Positions 1 to 12,724 of a stretch of 64,000 nucleotides of DNA are shown here, piece after piece. Position 1 is the stretch's first letter. Every line of letters starts with the position of its first letter. Origin of the DNA: Chiloscyllium plagiosum (Eukaryota). The stretch spans positions 40,461,273 through 40,525,272 of the forward strand of contig NC_057718.1 of assembly GCF_004010195.1 (NCBI RefSeq), in the 5' to 3' direction. The position numbers and the translations under genes are program-made. The notes beneath the pieces are model-generated. The model saw only the letters and a program-made list of their open reading frames with translations, was not told the DNA's origin and did not search any database.

Positions 1-867
1 GTCATTTCTGCCACCTCCAAACAGACCTCACCACTATCAGCGTTCCAAAAAGACCAATCCCTCCGCGACTCCCTCTTCAGCCCCACCCTCCCCACCAACC
101 AAACCTCCACTCCCGGCACCTTCCCCTGCAACCGCAAGAAATGCAAAACTTGCACCTACACCTCCCCCTCATTTCCCTCAGGCCCCAAGGGATCCTTCTA
201 TATCCATCAGAAATTCATCTGCACCTCCACACACATCATTTACTGCATCCGCTGCACCCGATGTGGACTCCTACACATTGGGGAGACAGGTCACCTACGT
301 GCAGAACGGTTCAGAGAACACCTCTGGGGCACCCGCACCAACCAACCCAACCGCCCCCTGGCTGAACACTTTAACTCCCCCTCCCACTCCGCCAAGGACA
401 TGCAGATCCTTGGCCTCCTCCATCGCAAGACCATGGCAACAGAATGCTTGGAAAAAGAGCGCCTCACCTTCTGCCTAGGAACCCTCCAACCACAAGGGAT
501 GAATGCAGATTCCTCCAGATTCCTCATTTTCCCTCCCCCCACCTTTTCTCAGTCCCAACCCTCAGACTCAGCACCACCTTCTTGACCTGCAATCTTCTTC
601 CTGACCTTTCCGCCCCCACACACGCTCCGGCCTATCACCCTCACCTTAACCTCCTTCCACCAATCGCATTCCCAAACGCCTCTCCCCCAAGTCCCTCTCC
701 CTACCTTTTATCTTAGCCTGCTTGGCACATCCTTCTCATTCCTGAAGAAGGGCTTATGCCCGAAACGTCGTTTCTCCTGCTGCTTGGATGCTGCCTGACC
801 TGCTGCGCTTTTCAAGCAACACATTTTTAAGCTCTGATCTCCAGCATTTGCAATTCTCACTTTCTCC
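1..867 (+). mobile_element. 3' part of a Penelope-like element (Neptune-type: Cys-rich linker + GIY-YIG endonuclease) with terminal repeat
   Basis: Frameshifted GTFPCNRKKCKTC linker, HIIYCIRCTRCGLLH(I)GETG GIY-YIG motif and ERLTFCLGTLQPQGMNAD C-terminus, then a pyrimidine-rich UTR, hammerhead and tail ending ctcactttctcc. Confidence 0.9.
742..769 (+). ncRNA. Minimal type I hammerhead ribozyme in PLE terminal repeat
   Basis: CTGAAGA-a-GGGC-ttat-GCCC-GAAA-C-GTC: core boxes, 4-bp stem II, palindromic ACGT in place of stem III, GUC cleavage triplet. Confidence 0.85.
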
Positions 868-1294
868 ACCGCCACTTCAACTTTGGTATTCGCAGCTGTG
901 CCACAAAGTTTGTCTGATTCTGGTTCCAGGAACTGGAGTGATGTGCCTGACTGCAGCAATGTGTACTTCCTTGTGTGTGGAAGTTGGTGAAGAAACTGTT
1001 ATTAACGCATAGTTAATAACACATTGTTAATGAAACATACATTGCACCAATATCTCGCACCATCCCCTGAACCTTTTTTTTCTAGAAATCTATCAAACTC
1101 AGTCTTCAACATGCAGTATTCGATGAAACCACCACAGCGTCTGGTGATATCGAATTTAAAGATTCACCTAATTCTGAATTCCCACATGTCTGCAGTCGCT
1201 CAAGTAATATTCCTGCTGTGTATCTGCTTCTCTTCCTAACGCATCCTCTGTCACTGTAATTATTGCTGTTTTTAAACGCGGGACTTTGCATGAC

Positions 1295-1367
1295 TCAGTG
1301 GTGGTTTGAATGTTAAAATATTCTGCATTGTGGCCGCAGTAAGATCGTTCGAATCCGAGTCACTGCA
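1295..1367 (+). pseudogene. Degenerate tRNA-His(GTG)
   Basis: ctgcattGTGgccgcag anticodon arm, gttcgaatcc T-loop, acceptor stem cagtgg/tcactg, followed by TTTT; D-arm degraded. Confidence 0.8.
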
Positions 1368-1979
1368 TTTTATTCCTTGTGATTAATGCTGAAGAAACAC
1401 AGAAAGGAAACAGTTGATTTTACATGAAGGCATTCTCTGAGATTATGTCTTTTTTCCATCAAAACCCTCTCTCTCTCGCACATCTCTGCGAGTCATATAT
1501 CAGGATCCAGACTCACCATTCTCGGAGAATTCCCTACCTCCCGTAATCACATACCTCCTTTAAGTTCCTCGTCCCATTTCCCTTACAATCACTTTCACAT
1601 TCACCTCCTTCAGTCTGTGTTGCTGTGCTCACTGTTACAGGGTGACCATGCCCAAGTCTTACCATCGGGACGTTTCCTCTCCCAACCAATGCCCCACCCT
1701 TGACCCAGGCGCTCCTCAATAAAATGAGGAGAATTCAGATATAATACAAAGCTAGAGTTAACAGTGAGCACCCTACCCCCACCCACACCAACACCTGGAT
1801 ATGTTTGGTAATGTTAATACAAAAATAAACATATAACTATAAAATTACAACCTCAACAAATAATAATTAAATATAATAATACAAAATAACAAGGGAGAAA
1901 CAACCCCGCTCCTAAAGATAGAGGAAAAATAGAATAAGGTAACCATCTCCTCCCACCAACATTAACCAAACCCCCCAGC

Positions 1980-2056
1980 TTATATATATATATATATACA
2001 TACATACATATATATATATTTACACACATATACATACATATCCACATATATACATA
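1980..2056. repeat. (TA)n/(TACA)n microsatellite
   Basis: Directly visible. Confidence 0.95.
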
Positions 2057-2223
2057 AAATACTAAAAGAAAACAACCCCAAGGGGGAGGGGGGAGAAAAT
2101 CAAATCCCTCTCCCCATCCCCCATGATAATATTAAACAGTAAGGTAAGAAAAAAGAAAAAAAAGGGGGGGATATAAACCAAAGCGGGGGGAAAGGCAAAC
2201 CAACATCCATTATCTCTTACAGT

Positions 2224-2908
2224 TTATCTAAGAGAGTCCAAGAATTCCTTAGCCTTTTCTGGTGATCCGAAGTTATACACGGATTCATCATGGTCAAAGC
2301 GTAGCGTCGCTGGGTAGCGTAAGGAGTACTGAATATTTAAGTCCCTTAAACGCTTCTTCGCCTCATCGAATGCCTTCCTCTTTCGGACCAGAACTGGGGA
2401 AAAGTCCTGGAATAACATGATCTTGGATCCTTTATAGATCATAGCTTGGGGGTCTTTTCCAAGATTTCTAGAAGCTTCTAGGAGTATCTGCCTCTCCCTA
2501 TAGCTCTGCAGCCGGAAGAGGACCGGGCGTGGGCGGTCGATTATCAAGGTCATCAACGTGATTCTCTAAGGTCCGGACTCGCTGTTCGAGAGTCCGGACC
2601 TGATCCACGGCCGATTGTGCTGTAGTTTCGGAGGTCGCGGCCTTTAACTCTGCCCCTCTAACTCGGCGCTCGATTTCCTGGATGTCTCAGTCATGCTTCT
2701 GCAGAGCGGCCGAAAGTGAGTCCCATCGATTTCGGGATTCTTCAATAAAAGTGTCGATCTTCGCATCCAGTTTGGAGATCATTTCTACAAGGCTTGCCAC
2801 TGTAGGTAAGTCCCCCGGGGCGACTGTGGACGCCTCTGCTGCAGCTGGAGAGAGTGGGGGAGGGGGTCCTGCTTGCTGAGAGCTGTGGGGTCCCTTCCCT
2901 TTGGTCAT
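2224..2908 (-). pseudogene. L1 ORF1p (coiled coil/RRM/CTD), disrupted and internally deleted
   Basis: RPRPVLFRLQSYRERQILL...IMLFQDFSPVLVRKRKAF...YSLRYPATLR is typical of L1 ORF1; stop at 2687 and the RRM N-part is missing near 2535. Confidence 0.85.
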
Positions 2909-3080
2909 TTTTACTAAATATTAGATTGTTTAAATTTAATATTAAACAACTAATTAAATTAAACAGCTATTATAAATGATTTGGTGAGTGTGGTGGGGGT
3001 GGGTGACCCACTTTACCCAAGTCTTGGGAGGAGCACTATAGACTCAGACTTGCTGGGTCACCGCCATCTTGGATCCCCCC

Positions 3081-3240
3081 TGTCTATCCCTTTAAGTATT
3101 TTGCAGGTTTTAATGAGATCACCTCTCAGTCTTCAAAATCTGAGAGAATATAAGCCCAGTTTGCCCAATCTTTTTCATATAACAATTCTGCTATCCCAGG
3201 AACAAGAACTTGCATTGTAGTCTCTTGGTGGCAATAATAT
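3081..3240 (-). mobile_element. CR1 LINE fragment
   Basis: Reverse complement matches the RLRGDLI-type CR1 RT C-terminal segment of other copies in the window. Confidence 0.7.
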
Positions 3241-3365
3241 TGTGCAATTAAATTTTTATCATTCAATTAAAACTTTATCGTTCAATTAAATCTTTAGTAT
3301 CTTTCACTAAATATTTCATCTGACACATGGCTCCCTACTGTACCAATTTAAGTTCTCCTGAGTGC

Positions 3366-4152
3366 TAATACTCTGGGAAATGCTCCTCACAGCTGCATAT
3401 AATGGGAATTGTTAAAGTTGGGGATTCTCGATGAGCACAGATTGGATAAATACAAGAGGGCTGGAGGATATTATGGAGTAGCAAGGAGGAGTATTGCTGA
3501 ACAAAGAGACCTTGGAGTGCAGGTTCATAGCTCCTTGAAAGTGGAGTCACAGGTAGATAGGATAGTGAAGAAAGTGTTTGGTATGCTTGCCTTTGTGGAC
3601 AGAGTGGGAGGTTATGTTGTGGCTGTACAGGACATTGATTAGGCCACTGTTGGAATATTGTGTGCAATTCTGGTCTCCTTCCTATCGGAAAGATGTTGTG
3701 GAACTTGAAAGGGTTCAGAAAAGATTTACAAGGATGTTGCCAGGGTTGGAGGATTTGAGCTATAGGGAGAAGCTGAACAGGCTGGGGCTGTTTTCCCTGA
3801 GCGTTGGATGCTGCGGGATGACCTTATAGAGGTTTATAAAATTATGAGGGGCATGGATAGGGTAAATAGACAAAGTTCTTTTTCCAGTGATGGGGGAGTC
3901 CAGAATTACAGGGCATAGGTTTAGGGTGAGAGGGTGGTACATGCATGGAATGAGCTGCCAGAGGAAATAGTGGAGGCTAGTACAATTGCAACATTTAAGA
4001 GGCATTTGGATGGGTATACGAATAGGAAAGGTTTGGACAGATATGGGCTAGGTGCTGGCAGGTGGGACTAGATTGGGTTGGGATATCTAGTTGAGTTGGA
4101 CGGGTTGGAGCAAAGGGTCTGTTTCCATGCTGCATTTCTCTATGACTCTATG
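3366..4152 (+). mobile_element. CR1/HER1-like LINE, 5'-truncated
   Basis: EQRDLGVQVHSSLK and LYRTLIRPLLEYCVQFWSP...LERVQKRFTRML; 3' tail ctctatgactctatg. Confidence 0.9.
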
Positions 4153-4159
4153 GGGAAAC

Positions 4160-6420
4160 CTGAAATCAAGAATGAGGACTTTAAAATCAAAGTGTTGCTT
4201 AACTGAGAGGCAGTGCAGGTCAGCAAGCATCAAGGTTATGGCAGAACACAAGATTATTTTGGGATAGTCTTACATTTACAGAGAGTAGGACATGGGAGAA
4301 CAGCTCAAAGTGCATTGAGAAGTCAGATCTTGATGTAATAACACCATTGATGAGGGTTTCAGGAGCAGACAGCCCGAAGCAACCATCAATTCTGATTATT
4401 TTACAGCCATGTGTGATTGGTGGTCAAAAGCTCATCAAAAAAACCGTTACCGCAATTGCAATCAGTTTCAAACAGCCTTAGGTCATTTTCAGGGAGAGGA
4501 ATGGATTGGTAGCTATAGAACTGGATTTGTGATGGGGGGTCTGACAGAAGATGGTGGCTTTGTTCTTCTCAAAACCTAAGTTGGAGGAAATTTCTGCTCA
4601 TGCAGCACTGGATGTGGGAGAAGCGATGTGGGACATTAGGGGCATTGGAAGGGTTGGGAGAGGTGATTGTGAATTGTGCGCACAGCAGTGTGAATGATGC
4701 TGAGTTTTTGGACGTTCTTGTCAAGGAGTAGCATGTAGATGAAAAATGTGAAGGAATGAAGCACAGATCCTTCGGGAAAAAAGAGGGAATGAGGTACAGT
4801 AGGAGGAAGGGAAATCATTTCAGGAGAGTCCTTGGCTATTACTGGGTAGATAAGATTGTAACGAGGTAAGCTAAAACTTTCTTGATGATGAAGAAGAAGA
4901 GTTGGAGGAGGGTTGTGTGATTAAATGTCAAAGTCTACGAGAGAGGTCAAGAGACACTAACAGGGATTCTTTATCTTTGTCCTGTTTTGGATGAGACCAA
5001 ATCCTCTCAAAATAGGAGATAGTCTAGGCCCTTTTTATTTCTTATTTTAAAGGGAAGGTGTTGCATTCCAGATGCAATTCGATTTGTCAAACTCCTTGAC
5101 TTTTAACAAAACACACTTAATATTTACAGCATTGTTAAAACACAGACAAAATAAAAAGAAAATAAAAGAATTGGCTTAACTGTAACCCTATCAAAATGCT
5201 TAACAACATAATATATATTAACTACAACTAATTAACTTTCCAATATTGTGACATTCCATAAACACACTCTTAGCAAAGGCAAAGTCAGTAAAATAGATCG
5301 TCCCACATTCAATTCTAGCAGCAGGAAGAGATCCCCAGCTTTTAGCAGAGAGAGGAATTAGAGCTTCCACATCCCGCTTCAAGAACCCAGCAACTGCAGA
5401 GAGCCAAAACTAAACATCCTGGTTCTGTGGGAATTTGACCGCACTGTTCAGGCTGCTTCTACTGTTCCAACTTAAAAAAAAAACAAAGCTTCACAAGCTG
5501 TTTACTTTATTGGCTTTGAGCAGTCTGTTCAGTACATCTGTCTCAAAATCCTTTCTTCATCAAAGAAAACAGGACAAAATATACCTCTTAAAGCCACAGT
5601 ATCATCACAGTCCATCAGATTGGATATCTTTTGAGACTTTCATTGGAAACATTTAGACACTGTGGTAAGGTTGGAAAACTGATTGAAGCAATTGAAACTT
5701 GGAATTCTGGAAAAGGCTGATAGGATTTATCAGGTGACAACATGGCTTTGGAGAGGAAAGAGGATATGAATGGCAAGGTTTAAAAGCAGTAGGATCGAGA
5801 GCTGTTTTCTTGAGATGAGGGGTAACGGCACTGGATTTGAAGAAAAGGGGAACAATTCCTGAAGAGAGAGAACCATTAACAATGTCAACGTGAGAGCCAG
5901 GAAGGGAAGTTGAATGGTCATCATCCATTCAGTGAGAATGGTGTCAAATGAGCATGAGGTGGGTCCCATGAACTAAATGAGCTTGGAGGGGGACTAAGGG
6001 GAGATAGGAGAGAAATGAGAGAAAATTTCAAGTTTGCTTTAAGGTAAATAACCCCAAACCTCTCCTATTTCTACATACATTTAAAGTGCTCCATCGCTGG
6101 TACCATATCATGCTTATCTCTTGCATCTTTTCTTGACATCCTTCCCATGATGTCTGGTGTGGAACTAAATTTGTGGTGAGGGAACAGAAGATTGTGGCTT
6201 CAGCGTGTGTGGGAAAGGGAGTACATGAGGAAAATGGCTAGGGGAAGAGAAACAAGTGATAGAGGCAGTTGGTTGGGTGTCTTAAACCAAGTGACTAAGC
6301 AGTCCAGGAGCTCCCTCACAATTATCATGGGGGTTAACAATGGAAGAAACGATAGTGAGAGGTTTAAGAGGGTTGTTTTCATTTTAGTAGGGAGGCTGAA
6401 GTGTGTCAATTGATTCTAAA
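4160..6420 (-). mobile_element. Old L2-clade LINE, interrupted by a solo LTR
   Basis: PTSCSFDTILT, DIVNGSLSSGIVPLFFKSSAVTPHLKKTALDP and LQSVFQPYHS remnants typical of L2 ORF2. Confidence 0.7.
4983..5609 (-). mobile_element. Solo LTR with 4-bp TSD
   Basis: TG...CA termini flanked by GTCC at 4979-4982 and 5610-5613; homologous to 54390-55126; strand inferred. Confidence 0.8.
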
Positions 6421-8271
6421 AGTTATAATTTTAAAGAAGTTGCAGGAACTGAAAGATTGGTTGACGGACGTTTGAAGGTAGGATGACAAGTTGGGAAGGC
6501 TACTGAAAGGAAGCATATAGGACCCTTAGTTTTATACATGCAGGCATACAAATGTGATTGCAGTGGTGACAGAATATGCTGGAAATGCTCAGTTGGGACA
6601 ATCAGATACTGCTTGATCCCCTGAGTATTTGCCAAATAATCTGATTTTTTAATGTCAGATTCTAGTACCTACAATCTTTTACTTGTTGTTTTAGAATAAA
6701 GTAAAGCCTATTAGTTATGATACCAGTGATGAGGCACTTTAAATTTGTGTAGCAAAGGGAAAAATTAGGGGTTATTCTCCTTAAAGCAAAGGAAGTTTAA
6801 AGTTTGATTCATTTCTCCACTAATGCTTCTTATAGATTAGGTACAGAGAAATAATTTCACAGCTAATTCTTCAATTGTCCTTCCATACAACAATCAAGTG
6901 ACTGCCATTGAATGACGAAAGCTGACAGAATATCTGTCATCTTTCTGATTATAAAGGCATCACAGATTGTTACTGATTAGCTCTGTAACGCATGTCTACA
7001 TTTGAGCTCTTTCAACAGGATTTGGAGGGTTGGTGTGGACTCAATGGGCTGAATGGCCTGCTTTCACATTGTCGGGATTCTATGGATGAGCTTGTGCCCT
7101 GGATCTGTACATGCATCAAGTCTTCAATGGACTATAGCTGTAGAGATTGTGTTCTGTTCTCTCCTCCACCTAATTACGGCTTCACTTAGGGTTAGGATTG
7201 TATTGGGAGCAGAGTAATTTTTCTACTGATCCAGGAGCACAGTTAAGCTAAGTAACAATTCAAAGCAATTTGCAGGAGATAAGCAGTCCTGCTGTCCTTT
7301 GTTAATTAGTTCTCTCAAACCATATTGGAAGTGCAAGTATCACTTTAAAAAGTAATATTAACACGCTGTATCTCCTGCTCAGGAAATCCTGACGTTTCAG
7401 CATAAAACTTGGAAAGCAATACATAGCTGTGTGTAAAGGATGTGAGAGTGGAAAAGTTGGGAGGCTATGTTTGCCTGGCAAAACATGCTCATGCCTCTTG
7501 TAGTGGCCATAGCGGACAGTTATATCCAATGAAAGACATGAACTAACATAAAGTTGTGTTTTTCATAGTTGGTCTGATGTCACTATTTACAACAGTTAGC
7601 AATCTTGATGATAGTTGTTAAAAATTCATATTTACGAAAATGAAATTGCTGTGCTTGGCATTTTGCAGAAAGTTTAAAGAACTTTCATATACTTCAGATC
7701 CAAAATTGTTCCTCATTAGAATTGAAAGATGGAGTGTATTCTGTTAAAAAATTGAAATGAACTTTTTCGAAAGCTTCTCCACCTTTCCATTAACATGGCA
7801 TTAAAATGTCCATTCGAAATAACAAACTATAACTCCAAGCTTCTTCCCACTTTGTGATACCAGAAGGTTGCCAGAAGGTTGCAAATAATAACTGCTTATG
7901 AATTTTAGTACATCTGGGACATTGCTACTCCGTGGTCACAAACTGGTGCAGAACTACCAAAACCTTACTTCCAAGTGGATTTTATGTCAACCGTAGAGAA
8001 ATCTTATGGTCTAAATAAATAAATGAAGCATGGGTATGTTCTGGACTACAAAATGAAATTGGGTCAATCATATGCTTATGAGGTCTGAAACATGGGGGAA
8101 ATGATAACTGTGACTAGTGGATAGTCATTCTATTAGATCAGTTATTTAAACATAGGAACCAGTAAAAACACTACAAAAGCAGAGATGGAAACATGATTTA
8201 ATTCTCCCAAAGAGGATAGTTTGAGAAAAATGAAAATAATTTTCTCTTTCCATGCATGCACATTTCAGATT

Positions 8272-8398
8272 TTATTGTCTGTTCTTGTCTTGACCTCCCC
8301 TTAAATGTGTTTCTGGTATCAGTAATACTGTTTCCATGGTTATGGATAAGATGAGTTCCTCCAAAGGCCTTGGCTGGAATTTCCGTGTTGGAGGAGGC
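8272..8398 (-). CDS. Candidate terminal coding exon of an unidentified gene
   Basis: Acceptor cctatcacAG at 8399-8400; phase-2 frame (W)PPPTRKFQPRPLEELILSITMETVLLIPETHLRGGQDKNRQ* matches the phase of exon 17920-18112; AATAAA overlaps the stop. Confidence 0.3.
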
Positions 8399-8428
8399 CT
8401 GTGATAGGATTAATTCTGAAGTCATAAA

Positions 8429-8540
8429 GGCCCTTTTGTGATGCAGTGGTAGTGTCCCTACCCTAGGACCAGGAGGCCCGGGTTCAAGTTGTAACTGCTC
8501 CACAGGTGTGTAATAACATATCTGCACAGGTTTATTAGAA
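8429..8540 (+). mobile_element. Short tRNA-derived SINE
   Basis: A-box-like tgatgcagtggtag and B-box ggttcaagt, followed by a non-tRNA body. Confidence 0.55.
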
Positions 8541-8555
8541 AAACAGTTCTTTTAA

Positions 8556-9056
8556 AATTCACTCATGAGACATGGATACCATTCCCGATGAAGGGCTTTT
8601 GCCCGAAACGTCGATTTTCCTGCTCCTCGGATGCTGCCTGACCTGCTGTGCTTTTCCAGCACCATTCTAATCTAAACTCTGGTTTCCAGCAACTGCAGTC
8701 CTCACTTTTGCCTAGACATGGGTGCCGCTGACTGGCCAGCATTTATTGCCCATCCCTAGCTGCTCTTGGCTTGCTAGGCCATCTCAGACAGTTAAGAGTT
8801 AACCACATTGCTGTGGGTCTGGAGTCACATGTAGGCCAGACCAGGAAAGGATGGCAGATTTCCTTCCCTAAAGGGCACTCATTATCTCAATGGGTTTTTC
8901 TGACAATTGACAATGGTTTCAACATCATCATCAATAGATTCTTAATTCCAATTTTTTTAAAAATTGAACTTAAATTCCAGCACCAAGATCTCCACAACAT
9001 TAGCTGAGTTTCTGGATTAATAGTTTAGTGGTAATGCCACTAGTCCATCACCTCCC
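8556..9056 (-). mobile_element. Deu-domain SINE (SacSINE1-like), tail interrupted by a ribozyme mini-element
   Basis: ccacattgctgtgggtctggagtcacatgtaggccagaccagg...ccttccctaaag core; homologous to 51316-51661. Confidence 0.7.
8581..8713 (+). mobile_element. Ribozyme-only PLE mini-insertion
   Basis: cCGATGA-aGGGC-tttt-GCCC-GAAACGTC (8585-8612) plus full tail; TSD agacatgg(a/g)t(a/g)cc at 8568-8580 and 8714-8726. Confidence 0.85.
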
Positions 9057-9439
9057 CTTAATCTTAGAGTCATGATGTTGCATATGACTCTATGGGACTA
9101 GCACATAGGATTTTTATCTTGTGGAGTGGAATGGCCTAAAGTCAGGAAAATGTTGAAAGTCCAGATTAAAAGACATTTGTTTAGTTCCACCGAACCATCC
9201 ATCCTCTTCAGAAGATTATAGATTTTGTCAGAAGGAAAAGCAACGATTACTATAACTATTTGCAAATGACATTGTTCTCTTTTGAAGCTCATTAAACACA
9301 TTTTAATTGAACAGGCATTGAAAAAACTATTACCCTCTTCAGGAACTAACAAATCCATCAAAAGTATTAAAGTCTCATTCTCCATGTTTGAATAAACAAG
9401 CTCTACATTACAGATTCCATTAGTACTTTAGAAAATAGC

Positions 9440-10875
9440 GGTGACGTAGCTCTGCTTGACCTCCTGGAATCATGTGGCTTTTGCCCACAGAGGGGCACAA
9501 CAGACATGATTTTCACGTGGCAACAGCTGCAGGAGAAATGTAGAGAAAAGAACCTTCCCTTGTACGTGACCTAACAAAGGCCTTTGACACCGTCAATCGG
9601 GAAGCGTTATGGTGTGTCCTTTTCAGCTTTGGTTGCACTATGATGTTTGACACTATGCTTCCCTTGCTCCAAGACAACAACATGGAAGTTGTGATAGTGA
9701 CAAGTAGCTCCACCACCAACCCATTCCCCATTCAGACTGGTGTCAAGCAGGGCTGTATCATCACCCCGACATTGTTCTTGATCGACCTCGCTGCAATGTT
9801 TCACCTCACGGCCAACAAGCTCCGTGCCAGAGTGGAGCTAACTTACAGAAATAGTGGCAAATTTTTCAACCTCTGCTGCCTCCAATCCAAAACCAAAGCC
9901 ACCCCAACCCGTATCATCGAGCTGCAGTACGCAGATGATGCTTTCTCATGTGCAATCTCTGAGTATGTATTCCAGACCATTGTCCGCATCTTTACAAAGG
10001 TATATGACAGCATGGATCTCACATCCTCAAGATGAAGGTGCTCCACCAACCTGTCTGGCATGGTGGAGTGAACACCGATCATCAAGAGACGTGGGGAAGC
10101 CTTAAAGAACATTGACCAGTTCCAATACCTCGGGAATGTCCTGATGGCCAACGCAGCTATTGACGAAAAGATCCAGCACTGCCTCCATTGAGTTAGTGCA
10201 ATCTTTGGCTGCCTGAGGAAAAGGGTGTTCAAAGCCAACATCATCAGATCCAACACCAAGCTCATGGTTTAGAGCCGTGGGGGTTCCCGCCCTCCTACAT
10301 AGTTCTGAGACATGGACAGTCTACAGCAGACCCCTCAAGGCACTGGAGTAGTACCGCCAATGCTGCCTACGCAAGATCCCCATAATCCGCGAGGAAGAAA
10401 GATGCACCAACACCAACGTCCTCAACCAGGCCAACATCCCCAGCATTGAGGCACTGATCGCCCTTGATCGGCTATAATAGGCTAGATATAACCCACATAA
10501 CCAACACGAGACTCTCCAAGCAGGTGTCCTATTCTCACTTTGAAACGGCTAGTGAGCTCCAGGCTAGTGAGCTCAAGGTCTCACTGGAACAATGCGGCAT
10601 TTCCACAGACACCTGGGAATCACTGGCCCAAGACTGCCCAATATGGAGGAGGAGAAAGCATCGAGCACCTCGAGACTTGCCATCGGTAAAAAGTGGAATC
10701 CAGGTGAAAACTGCCACACCAAAAACCCCACCCACCCCTTCCTGCAACCACCTTCTACTCCAAATATAACAGAGCCTGTGAATGCCACATCGGTCTATAC
10801 AGCCACTTACAAACTCACCCTTAGTGTGGAAGAGAGTCATCCTTGTCTACGAGTGACTTCTAATGTTGATGAGAA
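9440..10875 (+). mobile_element. RTE-clade LINE, 5'-truncated, degraded RT
   Basis: GFCPQRGTTDMIF, DLTKAFDTVNREALW, TGVKQGCIITPTLF and ELQYADD RT motifs. Confidence 0.9.
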
Positions 10876-11329
10876 GATAGCCAAGCAATCAAACCCACAT
10901 TCCTGGGACACATGAATAGACAAATCCTACTGAACAGAATCCATTAAGACTTTTGAAAGTATTTAGAAGTTCAAACAAATGTCAACAATTTCAAACAGCC
11001 AAACAGATGGCTGGTCTGTTTAAAATGTTGTTGACAGTGGATCATAAATAATTTAGTAGTCACATACCTTTTCAATCACTGCCCTGTCATCACTTTGGTA
11101 AACACAGGTGTAACTAGGCATTTCATGCTGAACTGTAAACCCCACTTCAACTGATCATATATAGTCTCACACTTGGCTGAATAAGAACTGGTATGATTCT
11201 TCAAACATTAACTCTGTTTTTCTCTTCACAGATTCTGCCAGACCTGTTGATTTTCTCCAGCATTCTCTGTGTTTGATCCATTTCTGGAACCAGTGGAATC
11301 TTCAAGGATTATATTAACAAGCACCCATG

Positions 11330-11765
11330 GAGTGTATTAGCTATAAGGAGAGGTTGGACAAATTGGATTGCTTTTGCTAGAGCATCGGTGGCTGTGGGAT
11401 GACCTTTTAGAAGTATACAAAATTATGAGAGGCATAGATAGAGCAGAGAGTTGGAGTCTTTTTCCTCAGGTGGAAATGTCAAATATTAGGAGACATATGT
11501 TTAATGTGAGGGGGGGGGGAGAGCAGTTTAAAAGGGAGGCAAGTTGTTTACTCAGACAGTGGTAGAGGTGACTGGAACAAACAGCCAGTGAAGGGGTAGA
11601 AAAAATACTATAGCAACATTTAATGGATATTTAGACAGACACATGAACAGGTAAGGAATGTAGAGGTACAAACCATGTGCAGGCAGATGGAATTAGTTCA
11701 GATTAGCATAATGATTGGCACAGACATGGTGGGCTGAAGGGCCTGTTCCTCTACTGTACTGTTTG
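11330..11765 (+). mobile_element. CR1 LINE 3' end
   Basis: DLLEVYKIMRGIDR segment and CR1 tail gggctgaagggcctgttcct. Confidence 0.85.
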
Positions 11766-12724
11766 ATCCATTATCATACCATACTTAGATAGCATAGCAT
11801 CTTACTGTCTTTGATGCCTTGAATAAGAGTGAGAATGAATTCAATGAAACATTCACATTACAAGGTTTAGATTCTTTGAGATTCTACAGAGAATTCATTA
11901 ATTACATTTGGTTATTAAATGTGTCGTACAAGAGTACAGCAATCAATATAATGGCCAAGTGTTTCTCAGTTAATACAGGAAATGATTGTTAACTGGATTC
12001 CTTTCTATGTAAATAGCCAAGAGAAGAAAGCAAACATGACTACTGTCATCTCTTCCATCAAGGCCATGGGATTGTTTGGAAAAGATTTATTTGAGTTTAA
12101 AGGTAAAATCTCCCAAGACTGTTATTCAAGATGGTTTCAAATAAACTGTCAGTACAGAACCAGAGCAGAGGTGGTGACTGATCCACTCAAGAAAATCTAC
12201 ACAACTGGCATTCCAGACATTGTGCGAGCAAACAAGAGTCACGGTTTGGAAATAAGCAGTTTAAGAGGTTTGCATGTGAATATGATTTTATTCATGTGAC
12301 CAATTCATCCCACCATCCTCATGTGAGTGGAGATACTGAGTGAAAAGTGTAAACAATAAAAGTATTAGTGAAGAGCAATGTCTTAATGTTGTGTTGTTAA
12401 GCTATAGATCGTAGTCAATACAAATGGCATATCACTGTCAGCGTTATACAACTTCCAACTGTTCTCAATAGTTGCAAACTAACATCACTGCAAATGTCCA
12501 TAACACAGTGAAACAATGGGAGAAGAAGCAGTGGGATAACGAAACTCAAAACTTTAATAAAAATCAGAGTACAGAAGTTATTAGAGTTGCAGCTGAGCCA
12601 GACATTACTGGAATGAAATTGACCGACAGAAACAAATTTATAGCAAGATCATTTAGGGTTTAAACAGATAATAGGACTTTAAGAAGAATTCATATAGAAT
12701 TGATTAAGAAACTAATGCAAATAA

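Larger units (their letters stand above)
1720..3080 (-). mobile_element. 5' part of an L1-clade LINE (5' UTR, ORF1, inter-ORF spacer; no ORF2)
   Basis: Starts gggggatccaagatggcgg on the minus strand; ORF1 pieces 2687-2908 and 2224-2556; left boundary approximate. Confidence 0.8.

Noticed and set aside
11982..12299. 105-aa ORF in non-repeat DNA
   Set aside because: No recognisable motif and only weak splice signals; consistent with chance.
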